From Eledone cirrhosa (lineage: Eukaryota), in NCBI GenBank assembly GCA_964016885.1, contig OZ024741.1:188418001-188482000 (forward strand): a stretch of DNA of 64,000 nucleotides, written 5' to 3'. The notes under the pieces are model-generated. The model saw only the letters and a program-made list of their open reading frames with translations. It ran no database searches and was not told where the DNA came from. The first letter of the stretch is position 1, and every line of letters starts with the position of its first letter. A program made the position numbers and the translations under genes. Positions 38,704-51,025 of this stretch are shown here, one piece after another.

Positions 38704-39159
38704 TATATATATATAGAGAATTGGATTCGCAATCGTAAGGTTGTGAGTTCGATTCCTGGACCATGCGATGCGTTATGTCCTTGAGCCACACACTTTATTT
38801 CACGTTGCTCCTTCTACCTGGAGTTGCGACCGATAGATAGTATTAGCAATTGGAAAGACCAACGGAAACATTGTTCCCTCGGTCCGATTTGACGAAAGTC
38901 GATCGTTCCTATACCCCCAATGGAAAGATAGCCAAAATATATCCAAATCAGAGAAGCATGAAAATATAGAATAACTTAAGCAAAGTTACCGACGGGTAGA
39001 ATACTAGTAAAGCCAACTAATACAAAAAAGCTTCACTTGCATCTATTCCATGACTGCAGTTTCTGAAATCAAGAAGCAATATTGACCATCTTAATAAATT
39101 AAGACAAGCAATACTGGAAGAAGATTCTATCTTCAGAAGGTTTCTTTTGAAGTATAAAA

Positions 39160-39775
39160 TAAATAATTGTTTCTACTTTTGGCACAAGGCCAGCAATTAT
39201 CCCAGTGTATTACTGGTACTTTATTTTATCGACCCCATAAGGATGAAAGGCAAAGTTAACCTCGGCGAGATTTGAACCCAGACCATAAAGGGCCGTAACT
39301 CTTTGCTGCAAAGCATGGCGTCTGACCCTCTACGGATACTCCCAATCCACCGCCCTTAAGTATAAAATAAATAATTGTTTCAACTTTTGGCACAAGGCCA
39401 GCAATTATCCCAGTGTATTACTGGTACTTTATTTTATCGACCCCGTAAGGATGAAAGGCAAAGTCAACCTCGGCGGGATTTGAACTCAGATCGTAAAGGG
39501 ACATAACTATGCTGGAAAGCATGGCGTCCAACCCTCTACCGATACTGCCAATCCACCACCCTTCCAATCCACCAAGTATAAAATAAATAATTGTTTCTAC
39601 TTTAGGCACAAGGCCAGCAATCACCCAGTGCATTACTGGTACTTTATTTTATCGACCCCGTAAGGATGAAAGGCAAAGTCAACCTTGGCGGGATTTGAAC
39701 TCAGATCATAAAGGGACGTAACTATGCTGGAAAGCATGGCGTCCGACACTCTACCGATACTCCCAATCCATAAAA
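39160..39775 (-). mobile_element. Three head-to-tail Meta-like SINEs
   Basis: ~200-bp units starting aaataaataattgtttc at ~39160, 39365 and 39582. Confidence 0.85.
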
Positions 39776-39818
39776 TAAATAATATTCACCTGTTAGTAAA
39801 CAGAGTTTATATTCTTAC

Positions 39819-39876
39819 CAATCCAGCATGATGTATACATTGCATGCATGCATAGATCGACCAACTTTGTAAATAT
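39819..39876 (-). other. Candidate 58-nt host exon
   Basis: Minus strand ttgtctttaatatacag|ATATTT...GGATTG|gtaaga in non-repetitive-looking DNA. No stop in any frame. Product unidentified. Confidence 0.35.
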
Positions 39877-40121
39877 CTGTATATTAAAGACAATACAATG
39901 GATTTGTAATGATGCTGGAAATAACATCTATGAACTCGACAATTGAGGAGTAGCAAGGTTATTTGTCACTAATATACTGAACATTTCAATGAAAAAATAG
40001 CCAAAATGTAGTTTGGATCAGCGATTGCCAGCCTTTCGGACCTGACGGACCACTAAATTAATAATTTTAAATCCCACGGACCATTAATATGAATTTTTTT
40101 AAAAAGATAAATACATTTATA

Positions 40122-40305
40122 AAATAATTGTTTCTACTTTTGGCACAAGGCCAGCAATTATTCCAGTGCATTACAGGTGCTTTATTTTATCCCCATAAGG
40201 ATGAAAGGCAAAGTTAACCTCAGTGGGATTTGAACTCAGACCATAAAAGGCCATAACTCTATGCTGCAAAGCATGGCGTCCAACCATCTACCGATACTGC
40301 CAATG
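40122..40305 (-). mobile_element. Meta-like SINE, apparently inside a hAT-like MITE (~40019-40495)
   Basis: Matches the 39160 units. Flanks begin cagcgattgcca and end tggtgaccgttg. Confidence 0.7.
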
Positions 40306-41196
40306 TAAAATAATGATCAGAAACTTCCATTTTATTTATATGAAATGCAGCTATTAAATATAACAAAATTATAAATGCTTATTAAATTATAACAAAATTA
40401 TAAATGCTTAAGAAATCATAACAAAATCTTTATAGTAAATATGGTCCAAATTTTTCTGCAGACCACCGGCTGGTGACTGTTGGTGACCGTTGGTTTGGAT
40501 AAATCAAAATAGGGCACATGTACTGTTTTGATGAAATATGCCCTATTTTGTTTTACACTTTGTTTGTACACACATTCTTACTGCTCAACTCACAGACCCT
40601 CATTCCTCTCTCTACATATGTATATATACATCATCAACATACCACAATAGACCAATTTGATAATCACCACTGAATGCCAGAAATGTTCTCCACTGAAGTT
40701 AACAAGGACTTACTAAAACTAATATGAATGATGACATACTGTAAGGATTTGAACTATTAAAGAACACTAGCCACCAGTGAAGTCATTCTTCACTTTTTTC
40801 AAATGTATCTTATTGTACCTAAGAATTTCCTTAATTGTTCACTATGTGTGTGTGTGTGTGTGTGTGTGTGAGTGTGTGTGTGTATGCACACAAGTTTTTG
40901 TGCACATTATGCACACTAATTGTGCACATTACAACAAATTTTTTTATTTTATACTACGAAGATAAAACATGCTCAAGCTGTAAAAACCTTTGTGTGGCCC
41001 GCAGGTGTGCTTGTAAAGGGCTGCATCCGCCCCACGGGCTACATGCTTGACATGTCTGCTTTAGACAATATCAGTAGGGTGTGAATTGAGGGAGATTTTG
41101 CTGCTATTTCTAGAGACTTCACTCATATTATTGAGGTGTGTACTTATTTTAGATTAATGAGCTTGAGTATGTGCATGTGTGTGTGAGTGTGTGTTT

Positions 41197-43925
41197 CATC
41201 ATCATCATCATCATCATCATCACCGTTTTACGTCCGTTCTTCCACGCTACCATGGGTTAGACGGGTTGTCCTGTTGTGGGCAGTGTCTGGTCGGCTGACC
41301 ATGCCTTGCTCATACAGGAACTGATTTGGCTTGATTTCTACAGCTGGATGCCCTTCCTAACACCAACCTTATTTACAGTGAGTGCTGGGTGCTTTTTCGT
41401 GGCACCTACACGTCCACTTTACAGTGTGGGCTGGGTGCTTTTTTGCCGTGGCACCTCCACGACCCCACCTTGCGGTGGGAGGTGTGGGGGCATATTGTCT
41501 ATATGCTTCAGCTTGTACCCATGGGAGGTCGGGTACTCTGTATTACTGCGTGATGCCAGAGGTCATGGACCGTGTGTCATTGCCTTTGAGAGGTGTAATT
41601 GGGTAAGGTCGGCTTTTATCACCTCATCCCAGGTCATCTTGGGTCTCCCCACTCCGCGGTTTCCATCAACTTCTAGTGCTCTGCACCTTTTTATGCAGCT
41701 GTCATCCTTCATACGCATCACATGTCCATACCAGCGCAACCGCCTCTCCTGCACACAGCATTTGATTCCTCTTATGCTCAGTCTCTCTCTCAATTCATTT
41801 ATGCTTTGTCGTTCACGTATATTACTGTTACACATCCATCGGAGCATGCAGGCTTCGTTTCTCTCTAATCTACGTAAGTCTTCCACCTTCAGCGCCCAGG
41901 TCTCACTACCATGCAACATTGCTGTTCGGATACACGCATCATACAGTCTGCCTTTCATTCTGAGGGAGAAGACTTTTGCAGCTAGCAGTGGTAGTAGTTC
42001 CCTAAACTTCTTCCATCCCGTTCTTACCCTAGTTATTGTACTTTCTGAACACCCACCTCCGCTGCTAATTCGGTCACCTAGGTAGCAGAAGCTGTCTACT
42101 GTTTCTACAGAGCCCTCTCAGAGATTGGTGGTACTTGTTTCCTGTGTCTGTTTGCTGCTTGCTGTCTCAGCACAGCTGCTGCATGTGAAGCCTACATTCT
42201 TAATTAAGCTTCCTGAGATCCCGCTACATCTCTTGTGTACCCATTGTTTGCATTTGGGGCAGAGAATGGGGTTCCTACTTACACCTTTCCTACATACTGA
42301 GCAAGGCCATTTCCCTGAGGGGATCTGGGTTCTGTTTTCTCGTCTACTTACAAGGACCTTAGTCTTTGTCATGTTGACTTTGAGACCCTTTCTTTCTAGT
42401 CCCTGCTTCCAAGTTTGGAATTTATTCTCTAGTTCTACCATAGATTCAGCTATGAGTGCGAGGTCATCAACATACAGGAGTTCCCATGGGCATCCGGTCT
42501 TAAACTCCTCCGTTATTGCCTGCAGGACTATGATGAACAGGAGGGGCTAAGAACAGAGCCCTGGTGGACCCCAACCTGTACGCTAAATTCCTCGCTATAC
42601 TCATTGCTAATCCTAACTTTGCTGACTGCTCCCCTATACATGGCTTCTACTGCTTTCACAAGCCATTCATCTACTCCTAGTTTTCTAAGAGCCCACCAGA
42701 TTACAGCACGTGGAACTCTGTCAAAGGCTTTCTCAGGGTCGACAAATGCCAAGTAGAGTGGCTTACTTTTAGCTAGGTACTTTTCCTGTAATTGCTTCAC
42801 AAGGAAGAGGGCATCAGTGGTGCCTCTTCCTGGTACAAACCCAAATTGCATCTCGTCTATTTTCACCCGGTCCCTAATCAACTGTGCTATAACTCTTTCT
42901 GTTACTTTCATGACCTGGTCCATCAACTTTATACCTCTATAGTTTCCTCTATCTAGTGCATCGCCTTTACCTTTGTAGCAGTTGACAATGATGCTACTGC
43001 ACCAATCTTTTGGTATGACACCTTCTAGTATTACCTGGTTAACAATACGTGTGGTTATAGTGTGACCTACAGACCCAGATGCCTTCAGCATCTCGGCAGC
43101 TATACCCGATGGACCGGTTGCCTTCCCCATCTTCATATCTTTGATTGCCTTACTTACTACGCTGCTGCTGACTTGTACTGCTGGCCCCTCTATAGGGTCT
43201 ACTTGGGGTAGGGTCTCTTCTTCCCATGCATTCTTCTCATTTAGTAATCTATCATAATGACTCTTCCATGCATCTTTCTTCTCAGCACTTGTGAGGGCAA
43301 GCTCACCTTTATCATTCCGGATACACTTCTCTCCAATGACATCACAACTATCTCTGACACACTACCTCGCATTCTTGAATGCCTCCTGTTTCTGGTCCTC
43401 ACGTTGCAAAACATGCTTGAATTTTCTATCCTCTGCTTCCCTCCTAGCTAAGTATACTTATCGCCTAGCTTCCCTCTTGGTCTCTATGTAATGTACCCTG
43501 CTCCCCCCGTTCTTCCATTCTTTCCATGCCTGTCTCTTTGCCTTAACTGCTTTATCTACCTTATTGTTCCACCACCATATCACTCTCCTCCTGCTTGAGG
43601 TTTTACTCCAGCCACAGACCTCATCCATCGCCTCTAGTAAATTATTTTTTAGGAACTCCCAGTTCTCTTCTACATTAAATGTCTCGATCTGTTCTTCTTT
43701 ACTGTCGTAGGCGTTGAGTAAAATATCTTTAAATCTGTTACTGGTTGAGGGGACTTTCAGCTTCCAGATCTTTCTTCTCCAGGTTGGCCTCTGTTTCCAG
43801 GTTCGTCTAGTTCTGACCGTGAGGTCGCTGACAACTAAGCTATGTTGGGATGTACATTCCTCACGGGAAGGCTTTTGTGTTTACGACCGTCCATCTGTCA
43901 TGTCCTCTGATGAGGATAAAATCTG
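41197..43925 (-). mobile_element. 5'-truncated RTE LINE, subfamily A, frameshifted
   Basis: Near-identical to the reverse complement of ~1293-3169 but retains the PHD and C-terminal segment. ORF pieces 42528-43136, 42118-42441 and 41563-41958. Confidence 0.95.
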
Positions 43926-43929
43926 TTTG

Positions 43930-44375
43930 TGTACATAAATGTCTGTGTGAGTGTGTGTGTGTGTGATCATGTGTCTGTCTATCTATATGTCTGTGTGAGT
44001 GTGTCATTATGTTTCTCTGTTTGTGCATGTGTGAGTGTGTGAGTGTCTGTCTATCTATCTATATGTCTGTGTGAGTGTGTCATTATGTTTCCCTGTTTGT
44101 GCATGTGTGTATGTGTGTGTGTGTGTGTGTGATCATGTGTCTGTCTATCTATCTATATGTCTGTGTGAGTGTGTCATTACGTTTCCCTGTTTGTGCATGT
44201 GTGTATGTGTGTGTGTGAGTGTCTGTCTATCTATCTATATGTCTGTGTGAGTGTGTCATTATGTTTTTCTGTTTGTGCATGTGTGTGTGTGTGTGTGTGT
44301 GTATGTGTGTGATCATGTGTCTGTCTATCTATCTATATGTCTGTGTGAGTGTGTCATTATGTTTCCCTGTTTGTG

Positions 44376-44416
<41 letters not shown>

Positions 44417-44483
44417 TCATGTGTCTGTCTATCTATCTATGTCTGTGTGAGTGTGTCATTATGTTTCCTTGTTTGTGCATATA

Positions 44484-44520
<37 letters not shown>
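43930..44520. repeat. Compound tandem repeat, ~70-100-bp units with variable (TG)n
   Basis: About six copies of gtctgtctatctatatgtctgtgtgagtgtgtcattatgtttccctgtttgtgcat. Confidence 0.9.
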
Positions 44521-44524
<4 letters not shown>

Positions 44525-44874
44525 GTCTGTCTATATGTATGTGTTTGTGTGTGTTTCAGTGTGATGGTGTTTTGTTTGTGTGTATATGTGTGTTTTTATC
44601 TGTGTGTGTGTGTGTGTGTTTTTATCTCTCTGTGTGTGCATGTGTGTCTGTCTATATGTCTGTGTTTGTGTGTGTTTCAGTGTGATGGTGCTTTGTTTGC
44701 GTATGTGTGTATGTATATGTGTGTATGTGTGTATGTATATGTGTGTATGTGCTAGTGTATCTGCCTGTTATATGTTTGTTTTTTTAATGCTTGAAATCAG
44801 AGAAAAACAAAATGTTTATTCCAAATGTGCTTGATTGACAGCTGCTGGTAGTATGACTGCTGTGTCTCCCTCTA

Positions 44875-45608
44875 CTATCACCACCACCACCACCACCACC
44901 ACCACCATACCTCCATCTCTCCACAACCACCACCACCACCATTACCACTACCGTTACCACCACCACCACCACCATCATACCTCCGTCTCTCCACAACCAC
45001 CACCATTACCACTACCGTTACCACCACCACCACCACCACCACCACCACCACACCTCCGTCTCTCCACAACCACCACCATTACCACTACCGTTACCACCAC
45101 CACCACCACCACCACCACCACCACACCTCCGTCTCTCCACAACCACCACCGTTACCACCACCACCACCACCACCACACCTCCGTCTCTCCACAACCACCA
45201 CCATTACCACTACCGTTACCACCACCACCACCACCACCACCACACCTCCGTCTCTCCACAACCACCACCACCACACCTCCGTCTCTCCACTACCACCACC
45301 ATTACCACTACCGTTACCACCACCACCACCACCACCACCACCACCACCATACCTCCATCTCTCCACAACCACCACCACCACCATTACCACTACCATTACC
45401 ACCACCACCACCACCACCACCACCATACCTCCGTCTCTCCACTACCACCACCATTACCACTACCATTACCACCACCACCACCACCACTACCAACACCACT
45501 ACCGTCACCAACACCACCAACACCACTACCGTTACCACCACCACCACCACCACCACCACCACCACCACCACCACCAACACCACCAACACCACTACCGTCA
45601 CCACCAAA
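44875..45608. repeat. (ACC)n-based compound repeat
   Basis: ACC runs punctuated by cctccgtctctccaca and attaccactaccgtt. Confidence 0.95.
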
Positions 45609-45839
45609 CACTAAAGGAAGAACGTGAGGGAGTGGAGAGGAAGGAGGTTATGTGGCAGAAAAGTGGAGCCCTGGGGTGAGAACATGACAAAACATGATGA
45701 CACCTCTATGAAATGTGTGTTTGTGTGTGTGTTAGTGTGTGCGCACATATGTGTGTATGCATAATTTATATATTGATATGTATAAAAGCATTCGTGTGTG
45801 TATGTATATATGCATATGCATATACATATGTGTGTCTAA

Positions 45840-45874
<35 letters not shown>

Positions 45875-46082
45875 TGTTATATTTGGGGAGGGTCATATTT
45901 GCGTAATATTGCCAGAATTAATAACAGAACACACTCACTGTTTGGTTGGTTTTCGCTTCTCGCTGTCTTTTATATATATCTATCTGCGATCTAACTTACT
46001 CGGTCCTCAATGTTGCCATTGACTGACCGGCGGTCAAAAATAATACAGATACAATATAGACAAACACATATATATATAGTTT

Positions 46083-46124
46083 ACATAAATCTTTCGTTGC
46101 ACATCTGCAACATCGTCAGTGGTG
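46083..46124 (-). ncRNA. Hammerhead copy in the inverted arm
   Basis: Reverse complement of 48415-48456. Confidence 0.7.
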
Positions 46125-46238
46125 TTATATTCATTGTTCCTCCTGTTGTGTTGTATGTCTACGCCATTTTTTTTTTTTGTTCAGTCTGTCTATATATTTA
46201 TTTATTTATTTGCTTGTTTGTTTATCTTATTTTATTTT

Positions 46239-48143
46239 GGGCTCCGCAAAGACCACAAGACAGTCGACGACCCGACAACAGGACCACCAACAAGACCTGT
46301 ATGCGGAGCTAATATAGCTAGCAACTACAGGATCTCCTACTTCCTCTCAATGGTTATACGCCCCATAATCAAGATGTCCCCAGATGTATGTGAAAGTACA
46401 GAGGACCTCCTCAGCAGAATCAGTGAGTGCAACAAAAACAGGAGCCTATCCAACTGCATAATAGGCAGCATGGATGTGGTGTCACTGTACCCATCCATTA
46501 ACATTGATTTTGCTGTGAAAAGATGTGTGGAGATGATCATTGAGAGTGAGGTGGAGTTCTGCGACGTCGACACAGATGAACTGGGCCTCCTACTTAGACT
46601 TACCTACGACACTGACTACCTAGACAGCCATGACCTTAGATGTTTCTGCCCTAGTAGACCTATAAGAGGTAGACCCCCCACCATAACCTCAATGGCTAAA
46701 AAGACTCCCATAGGAAGGTGGATTGGGTGGACCAAAGCTATACGGACCCCCCAAAACACTGATCAGGTAAGAAAAATGGTCGCACATGCAATAGGGGCTA
46801 GTATCAAAACTACCCTAAAGGGCCACATATTTAAGTTCAATGAGAAAATCTACACCCAAAATGAGGGAGCAGCCATCGGCGTCAGCATAGCTGGCGATGT
46901 TGCCAACCTTTTCATGGTATGGTGGGAAAGGAGACTTAAAGATCTCCTTAATGAAAGCTCCATAGACCTCATCATGTACTCTCGTTATGTAGACGATATC
47001 AATATAGTTATAAGAACACCCCCACTAGAGAGCACTAACAAGTTTGATTTAGAACGTAGCACGATGGAAAGCATCCAGCAGATAGCTAATTCCATACACC
47101 AGAGTATAACTGTAACTATAGACTTCCCTTCCAAACACCCTAACAATAGACTACCTGTATTAGACACAGAACTCTGGATTAACACTATAGACGAGAGAGC
47201 CCAAATTCTCCACTCACACTATGCTAAACCCATGGCCTCCAAATACCTGATACTCAAAAACTCAGCAATGTCCAGTAGTGCTAAGTTTAATATTCTGATC
47301 GCAGATTTGGTACGAGTGATGAAGAATGTGTCCAGCATGTGCGACCCAACAGAAATGGAAGGACACATCCAACACTTCATCAACCGCATGCAGTTCTCTG
47401 GCTACAACCAAAGAGACAGAGTCAGAGTATACGAAGGAGCCATGGAAAAGTATAAGACCCTCATAGAACTGGACATGAAAGGAATTTGCCCACTATACAG
47501 GAGCAAATCATGGAATAGCTTAGATAGGGCTAGACATAAGATAGGGAAGGTCACATCATGGTACGACAACCAGAGATATCAGAGTGTCATGTTTGTGGAC
47601 GCCACCCCTGGAGGGAAATTAGCTAACCAGTGTAGAAAGGCCCTGAGAAAGACCCACTTAAAAATAAAGGTGGTAGAAAAGCCAGGAACCACCATAAAAT
47701 CCCTGATCAGCAAAACCTACCCTTTTAAGAAAACCCACTGTACCAATAGGAAATGTATCATATGTAAGGTGAACCCCTGGATAAACTGTAAAACTAGAAA
47801 CGTAGTCTATAGCATAAGATGTACAGAGGGTACTTGCAGAAACACGACAACAACATACATAGGTGAGACAGCTCGTAGCATAGGTGAAAGGATAGACCAA
47901 CACTGGGGGGAACTAAAAGGACGAAAAAACGGGTCAGTACTATACGAACATGCTAGACAACATCATGACGGTAACATAGACAACATAGAAATTAGAATAA
48001 TATCTAAACATAGGAATGACCCAGCAGATAGGCAAATCAGAGAGGCCAGTGAAATAGAAATTAGAAGACCAAAGCTAAACAGAAAGAATGAGTGGAACAA
48101 CAACAACACCCAAACAAACAACACTGACCTAAGAGAAGTATAA
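46239..48143 (+). CDS. PLE RT plus GIY-YIG endonuclease, uninterrupted but lacking the native N-terminus
   Basis: KDHK..RPV, SMDVVSLYPSI, QNEGAAIG, RYVDDI, LPVLD, VVYSIRC..YIGETARS, LYEHARQHH, RQIREA, LNRKNEW. The first ~40 aa of track ORF 46119 are read from the inverted arm. Confidence 0.92.
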   Translation, partial: GLRKDHKTVDDPTTGPPTRPVCGANIASNYRISYFLSMVIRPIIKMSPDVCESTEDLLSRISECNKNRSLSNCIIGSMDVVSLYPSINIDFAVKRCVEMIIESEVEFCDVDTDELGLLLRLTYDTDYLDSHDLRCFCPSRPIRGRPPTITSMAKKTPIGRWIGWTKAIRTPQNTDQVRKMVAHAIGASIKTTLKGHIFKFNEKIYTQNEGAAIGVSIAGDVANLFMVWWERRLKDLLNESSIDLIMYSRYVDDINIVIRTPPLESTNKFDLERSTMESIQQIANSIHQSITVTIDFPSKHPNNRLPVLDTELWINTIDERAQILHSHYAKPMASKYLILKNSAMSSSAKFNILIADLVRVMKNVSSMCDPTEMEGHIQHFINRMQFSGYNQRDRVRVYEGAMEKYKTLIELDMKGICPLYRSKSWNSLDRARHKIGKVTSWYDNQRYQSVMFVDATPGGKLANQCRKALRKTHLKIKVVEKPGTTIKSLISKTYPFKKTHCTNRKCIICKVNPWINCKTRNVVYSIRCTEGTCRNTTTTYIGETARSIGERIDQHWGELKGRKNGSVLYEHARQHHDGNIDNIEIRIISKHRNDPADRQIREASEIEIRRPKLNRKNEWNNNNTQTNNTDLREV

Positions 48144-48414
48144 ATAAATAAGTAAATTAAATTAAATAAAATAAGATAAATAAATACATACACAAGCACA
48201 TAAACACACACTAGTCACCCAGCAGACACAACACTATACACACTAGTCACACATCACACATAACACTATACACACACGCAAACGCATGCGCAAAGAAGAC
48301 AAAATAAAATAAGATAAACAAACAAGCAAATAAATAAATAAATATATAGACAGACTGAACAAAAAAAAAAAATGGCGTAGACATACAACACAACAGGAGG
48401 AACAATGAATATAA

Positions 48415-48456
48415 CACCACTGACGATGTTGCAGATGTGCAACGAAAGATTTATGT
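48415..48456 (+). ncRNA. Minimal type I hammerhead in the PLE 3' UTR
   Basis: ca-CUGACGA-uguugca gaug ugcaac-GAAA-GAUUUA-ug. Intact core, weak helix I. Confidence 0.72.
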
Positions 48457-48743
48457 AAACTATATATATATGTGTTTGTCTATATTGTATCTGTATTATT
48501 TTTGACCGCCGGTCAGTCAATGGCAACATTGAGGACCGAGTAAGTTAGATCGCAGATAGATATATATAAAAGACAGCGAGAAGCGAAAACCAACCAAACA
48601 GTGAGTGTGTTCTGTTATTAATTCTGGCAATATTACGCAAATATGACCCTCCCCAAATATAACAATATCTGTTTCGACACACGATTTCATATAAAAAACC
48701 TCGCAAAACTAATTCATCGCCGCTATGTATATATATATATATG

Positions 48744-48775
<32 letters not shown>

Positions 48776-48880
48776 TATAAGTATTGAAGTTTCCGTTGAA
48801 AATTGAAAAAGTCAGAGGAATGAAGAGTGCTCTATGTAAGTTACAGAGCTAAATATTTAATGTATAATAAACAAGACAGT

Positions 48881-48947
48881 ATAATTACCTCATTACCAGA
48901 GGTTTCCCAAATATATATATATATTCGGGAAACCTCTTGTAATGAGG

Positions 48948-48953
<6 letters not shown>
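48881..48953. repeat. Small hairpin, ~30-bp arms around a TA loop
   Basis: ataattacctcattaccagaggtttccc / gggaaacctcttgtaatgaggtaattat. Confidence 0.85.
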
Positions 48954-49012
<59 letters not shown>

Positions 49013-49088
49013 TATATATATATATATACACATGCATATATATACATATTTATATATATATACTATATATATATATATATACACATGC

Positions 49089-49201
<113 letters not shown>

Positions 49202-49217
49202 TATATACACATATATA

Positions 49218-49250
<33 letters not shown>

Positions 49251-49253
<3 letters not shown>

Positions 49254-49898
49254 AATAAGTGGGATCAGATGCTGTTTACTCGAGAGAAGACTACGTTGGT
49301 ATGGTCACGTGATGCGCATGAAAGAAGACAGCTGTATAAAATAGCGCAGGGCGATCAAAATAGATGGTAGCCACGGAGTAGGCAGACCCAGGAAAACCTG
49401 GGACGATTTGATAAATTCTGACCTCACACACTTACAACTCTCTAAGACAATGTCACTGGACCGAGATCTTTGGCGCTACGCAGTAATACAGAAGGCCCGT
49501 CTTGCCTAAGTGCAAAGCGAAACCTACAGTCAGTAGGCACCTCTTAACCAAAATACAGCCCCGTCCCACTACCCCCACCCCATCCACACCACCCCTTTCG
49601 ATGTAAAGTTATGTTGGTACTACAACATCCAGTCCTAAATAAATGAGGTCGTGTAGGTGTCACAACAAAAAAACACACAGTCCATGCTGCATTGTGGCCG
49701 TGTAGGTAACATGGTAAAAACCTCCCAGTCCACACTGTAAACGTGGTTGGTGTTAGGAAGGGCATCCAGCCATAGAAAACCCACCAGACAGTCCTATACG
49801 AGCAAGACAACCAGTCTTGCCTCAAGTGGGAAACCTCCCGTTCAAACCCATGCTAGCGTGGAAGATGGACATTAAACGGTGATGATGATGATGATGAT
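49251..49898 (+). mobile_element. RTE 3' fragment, subfamily C
   Basis: [16 protein letters not shown] region, 3' UTR and (GAT)n. Both ends in TA. Confidence 0.9.
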
Positions 49899-50018
49899 AT
49901 ATATATATACATGTGTGTGTGTGTGTGCGTGTAGTTGAACAAATAAAACAAAATAAACACAGGGATGTAGAAATACAAAGTCTTATTAGGATCACGCTTG
50001 GGAGATAGTGGAGGAGGG

Positions 50019-50053
50019 TTCTATGTTTTGGACGGAAGTCCTTCATCAGGAAA
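50019..50053 (-). ncRNA. Decayed minimal hammerhead
   Basis: uuc-CUGAUGA-aggac uucc gucc-AAAACAUA-gaa. Two CpG-type changes from CGAAACGUA. Confidence 0.55.
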
Positions 50054-50117
50054 TGGAGAGTTTGGATAGGGAGAGACAAGTAGGTACATGAAAGTTTGGA
50101 AAAGATTGTTATGTTGG

Positions 50118-51025
50118 GGATGGTTGGCAAGTGGTGCAGTATTTTGGCTCAAAGTGGAGAGTCCAGGTGTGTCATGGGTGTGGTTGGCAAGTGGTTCAGC
50201 TTTTTCGCCCAAAGAGGAGAGTCCAGGTGTGATAAGGGTGTGGTTGGCAAGTGGTGCAGCATTTTGGCTCAAAGTGGAGAGTCCAGGTGTGACAAGGGTG
50301 TGGTTGGCAAGTGGTCCAGCATTTTGGCCCAAAGAGGAGAGTCCAGGTGTGCCACAGGTATGGTAGGCAAGTGGTCCAGCATTTTGGCCCAAAGTGAGAA
50401 GTCCAGGTGTGTCATGGGTGTGGTTGGCAAGTGGTCCAGCATTTTGGCCCAAAGTGGAGAGTCCAGGTGTGTCACGGGTGTGGTTGGCAAGTGGTCCAGC
50501 ATTTTGGCTCAAAGTGGAGAGTCCAGGTGTGTCATGAGTGTGGTTGGCAAGTGGTCCAGCATTTTGGCCCAAAGTGGAGAGTCCAGGTGTGTCATGGGTG
50601 TGGTTGGCAAGTGGTCCAGCATTTTGGCCCAAAGTGGAGAGTCCAGGTGTGTCATGGGTGTGGTTGGCAAGTGGTCCAGCATTTGGGCCCAAAGAGGAGA
50701 GTCCAGGTGTGTCACGGGTGTGGTTGGCAAGTGGTCCAGCATTTTGGCCCAAAGTGGAGAGTCCAGGTGTGTCATGGGTGTGGTTGGCAAGTGGTCCAGC
50801 ATTTGGGCCCAAAGAGGAGAGTCCAGGTGTGACAAGGGTGTGGTTGGCAAGTGGTCCAGCATTTTGGCCCAAAGTGGAAAGCCCAGGTGTGTCATGGGTG
50901 TGGTTGGCAAGTGGTGCAGCATTTTGGCCCAAAGTGGAGAGTCCAGGTGTGACAAGGGTGTGGTTGGCAAGTGGTCCAGCATTTTGGCCCAAAGTGAAGG
51001 CTCCAGGTGTGTCAGGGGTGTGGTT
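50118..51025. repeat. 60-bp minisatellite, ~15 copies
   Basis: Exact 60-nt period, consensus gtccaggtgtgtcatgggtgtggttggcaagtggtccagcattttggcccaaagtggaga. Confidence 0.98.

Larger units (their letters stand above)
45871..48724 (+). mobile_element. Young 5'-truncated PLE with ~369-bp inverted arms and a ~56-nt 3' tail
   Basis: 45871-46239 is the reverse complement of 48300-48668 (no mismatch noticed). TA flanks. Confidence 0.95.

Noticed and set aside
39037-39062. 26-nt micro-exon on minus (tttcag|...|gtgaag)
   Set aside because: Weak donor, expected by chance.
44835-45614. 259-aa His/Pro/Thr-rich protein
   Set aside because: Non-ATG start, and triplet-repeat translation that drifts between frames.
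46119-46238. Hydrophobic N-terminal or signal segment on the PLE protein
   Set aside because: It is the T-rich inverted arm read in frame by chance, with a GTG start.
50118-51025. 60-bp array as a CRISPR array
   Set aside because: Contiguous units with no unique spacers, no cas genes, eukaryotic context.
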